Source of the DNA: Haplodiscus bocki
Lineage: Eukaryota
Direction: 5' to 3'
Assembly (NCBI GenBank): GCA_965655095.1
Contig: OZ296652.1
Location: forward strand, 112,158,001-112,222,000
DNA: 64,000 nt
Shown here: positions 62,101 through 64,000 of the stretch, piece after piece
How the letters are laid out: each line of letters begins with the position of its first letter
Numbering within the stretch: the first letter of the stretch is position 1
Notes under the pieces: model-generated
Seen by the model: only the letters and a program-made list of their open reading frames with translations
The model's database searches: none
What the model was told of the DNA's origin: nothing
Translations under genes and position numbers: made by a program

Positions 62101-64000
62101 AGAATCTGTAAGAATCGGTCAAATTCTGATGAGGATGTACGGAGTAGTGCTTCAAAAAGAAAATTTCAAAAAAGCAACTTCCATACGACATGTCAGGGAA
62201 ACATTTCTTCTAAGAGAACAATAAAACTGAAGAAGAATTGTAGAAATAGGACAGATGATGATGTTGAATCTGAAATCTTCATTCGGCGACACTTTTAGGG
62301 AAAAAAATGATTACGAGCATGATTTCAAAATTGAAAGATGGATGGAAATGCAGTATGATAACGGAGTTCAGGGACATCACAATTTGCAAGTTGGAAGTTG
62401 AATTGTAAAAAATCAAAATGATGAAGGATTAATTGAAGATGAAACCTCAAAACCTTTTAAAAGAACCCACATTAAGGAGCTTTTGTTCTAGGCATTAGTA
62501 AAAGATTGATGAATCATTTTATAACGCTGACAAACCTGAAAAAATCTAAGAGTGTTTTTTACATAGATATAGATCCATTACAAATTGAGAAAAAACAATT
62601 TGATAAACTAAGTAAAGTAGGTTTTGCTGGAAAAGACTCCGGACAAAGAAAAAATGATTAAGGCAGTTGAGGTGTATTGAAGTTTTGATTTTGGAACTGA
62701 AAGGTAATATTGTCTAGCAATTAAAGAAAAAGGAGTGATAGCAGAGGAGAAAACATTTTAATTTTTTGAGGATGTTACCAGAGTATTAGATGAGAAAAAG
62801 TATTCTGATAAGCAAAATGGAACAACTGTTAATTAAAGCCTTCCTTCAAGTGAGTAAAAGTCTTTTCCAACTGCAGTCAATATGTCAACTAGAAAAGAAA
62901 CTGTAGAAAATGTCCCATATCTGTTGAAAAAAACTTCGTCAAGTGCAACGCAAGAACCAGACAAACTAAAAAAAATCGAAGCGAATACTATTGAAGTAAA
63001 AAAAAACACCAAAGGAAGATGGACCTTTTTTAACCTAATATGTATCTAAATAAGTAAAAATTGGAATCTTTAAGTATGAAAGTTTTGCTAATCCTCGGAA
63101 CAAAAATTACGCTACCCACAAAACTGACGTAAATCAAGTAAATGATACTTGGAGCATGGACTCAATAGACCTGAACGATCTCGGTTCAAAAAAGTTTAGA
63201 GACGTATTCCAGTCGTAATTGATCATTCCTAAAAGTTTGAGTGGAGTATCCCATGATAAAAAGTGAAAATGGTTAAATACTAAAAAGATTATTGCAAACA
63301 TTCTTAAAACCTCAGAAGGATAATGAAATTTCTTTGGAACTGATGATGGAAAGCAGTTTGTAAGCAAAAAGATTACTGACTTCCAAAGTGAAAGCAAAAT
63401 TAGAAGATTTAGTCACTGTACATCAAAAGGAGCAGTAATTGCTAAAAGATTTAATATATTTATCAGAGATCTTTCGAAACAACCCTGTTTTTGAAAAGTA
63501 TTCGTAACTGGATAGATGAAATAAATGCTGTAAGGAACCAATATAAATATACAAAACATTCTCCAAACAAATTCACACCAAATCAAGCATCTTCAAAAAG
63601 GAATTAAGAATAAGTTTGCTAAAACGTACCATACGGAAGATGGTAAAAACAACCGAAAACCTACTTAGAAGATTTAGCTAGAACCGCAGACAAAAGGAGT
63701 CAAATTATTAAAGGAGATAACACAAGTTGGTCTCACAAGTTCTCAACAATCACAGAAGTTATTAATCAAAAAATACCAAATTTGCATAAAAAGAATTTAC
63801 TTGACAGATAAAACGAAGCATTGCTAAAGTAATCAGAAAAAACAAATGAAGACAAAAATATAAAGCTTTAAAAAAAATAGGTTTCATTACGTAAATTTAT
63901 ACTTTTTTAGAAATTTATCTAGCTTCTTTTTTCGAAAACATAATTACGAGTGATATAGAATTACAACAAGCGAAACTTAATGATTTGCTATTCTCCACTG
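33873..64000 (+). repeat. ~2.2-kb macrosatellite: at least 14 head-to-tail copies of Polinton PolB C-terminal half + integrase
   Basis: Unit starts at ~33873, 36074, 38244, 40454, 42658, 44858, (deleted unit ~46978), 48575, 50774, 52975, 55171, 57372, 59575, 61753 and 63958. The same short ORFs recur in the ORF track at ~2200-bp spacing. Confidence 0.97.
35178..36009 (+). pseudogene. Retroviral-like (rve) integrase of Polinton-like element B
   Basis: NYATNKVDVYHIDDTWS..LDL, YRCFLVLIDRSSEFGWTIP, LGTENGNEYVS (TDDGKQFV in later copies), VAVFAERYIRTI..LLKKPVF, RTADKKNQFSKGD. Confidence 0.85.

Noticed and set aside
36010-64000. Recurrent short ORFs (MKPNDLLFSTD..., MMNHFITL..., antisense MNWCEFGW...) as a tandem small-protein gene family
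   Set aside because: They are stop-bounded fragments or antisense shadows of decayed PolB and integrase, mostly with non-ATG starts.
33873-64000. CRISPR-like or cassette array with variable spacers
   Set aside because: Units are homologous along their whole length with no unique spacers, and the context is eukaryotic with no cas genes.

Overview
Eukaryotic (invertebrate-like), repeat-dense window. The first 6 kb holds two host genes on the minus strand: an intronless mitochondrial intermediate peptidase (M3 family) and a zinc-finger ORF, with small MITE/SINE-like elements nearby. 6201-23824 is an old, decayed env-bearing Ty3/Gypsy LTR retrotransposon (~865-bp LTRs, TGACA...TGTCA). It carries two unexpected cargo modules: a TARG1/OARD1-type macrodomain inside pol between RNase H and integrase, and a fourth ORF after env ending in a DnaJ J-domain (HPD) hidden behind a single stop codon. 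Its 5' LTR is split by a minus-strand LINE (11-bp TSD), which itself contains a plus-strand CR1/L2-like LINE. About 24-31 kb is a decayed minus-strand Polinton/Maverick (capsid, adenain-like protease, pPolB). From ~31.5 kb a second, AT-rich plus-strand Polinton-like element (PolB + rve integrase) begins. Its last 2.2 kb (PolB palm + integrase) has been amplified into a head-to-tail macrosatellite of at least 14 copies that runs off the window end, with edge divergence, one internally deleted unit and an incipient 4.4-kb higher-order repeat. All calls come from manual reading and motif recognition; no database searches were run, and novelty claims need checking.
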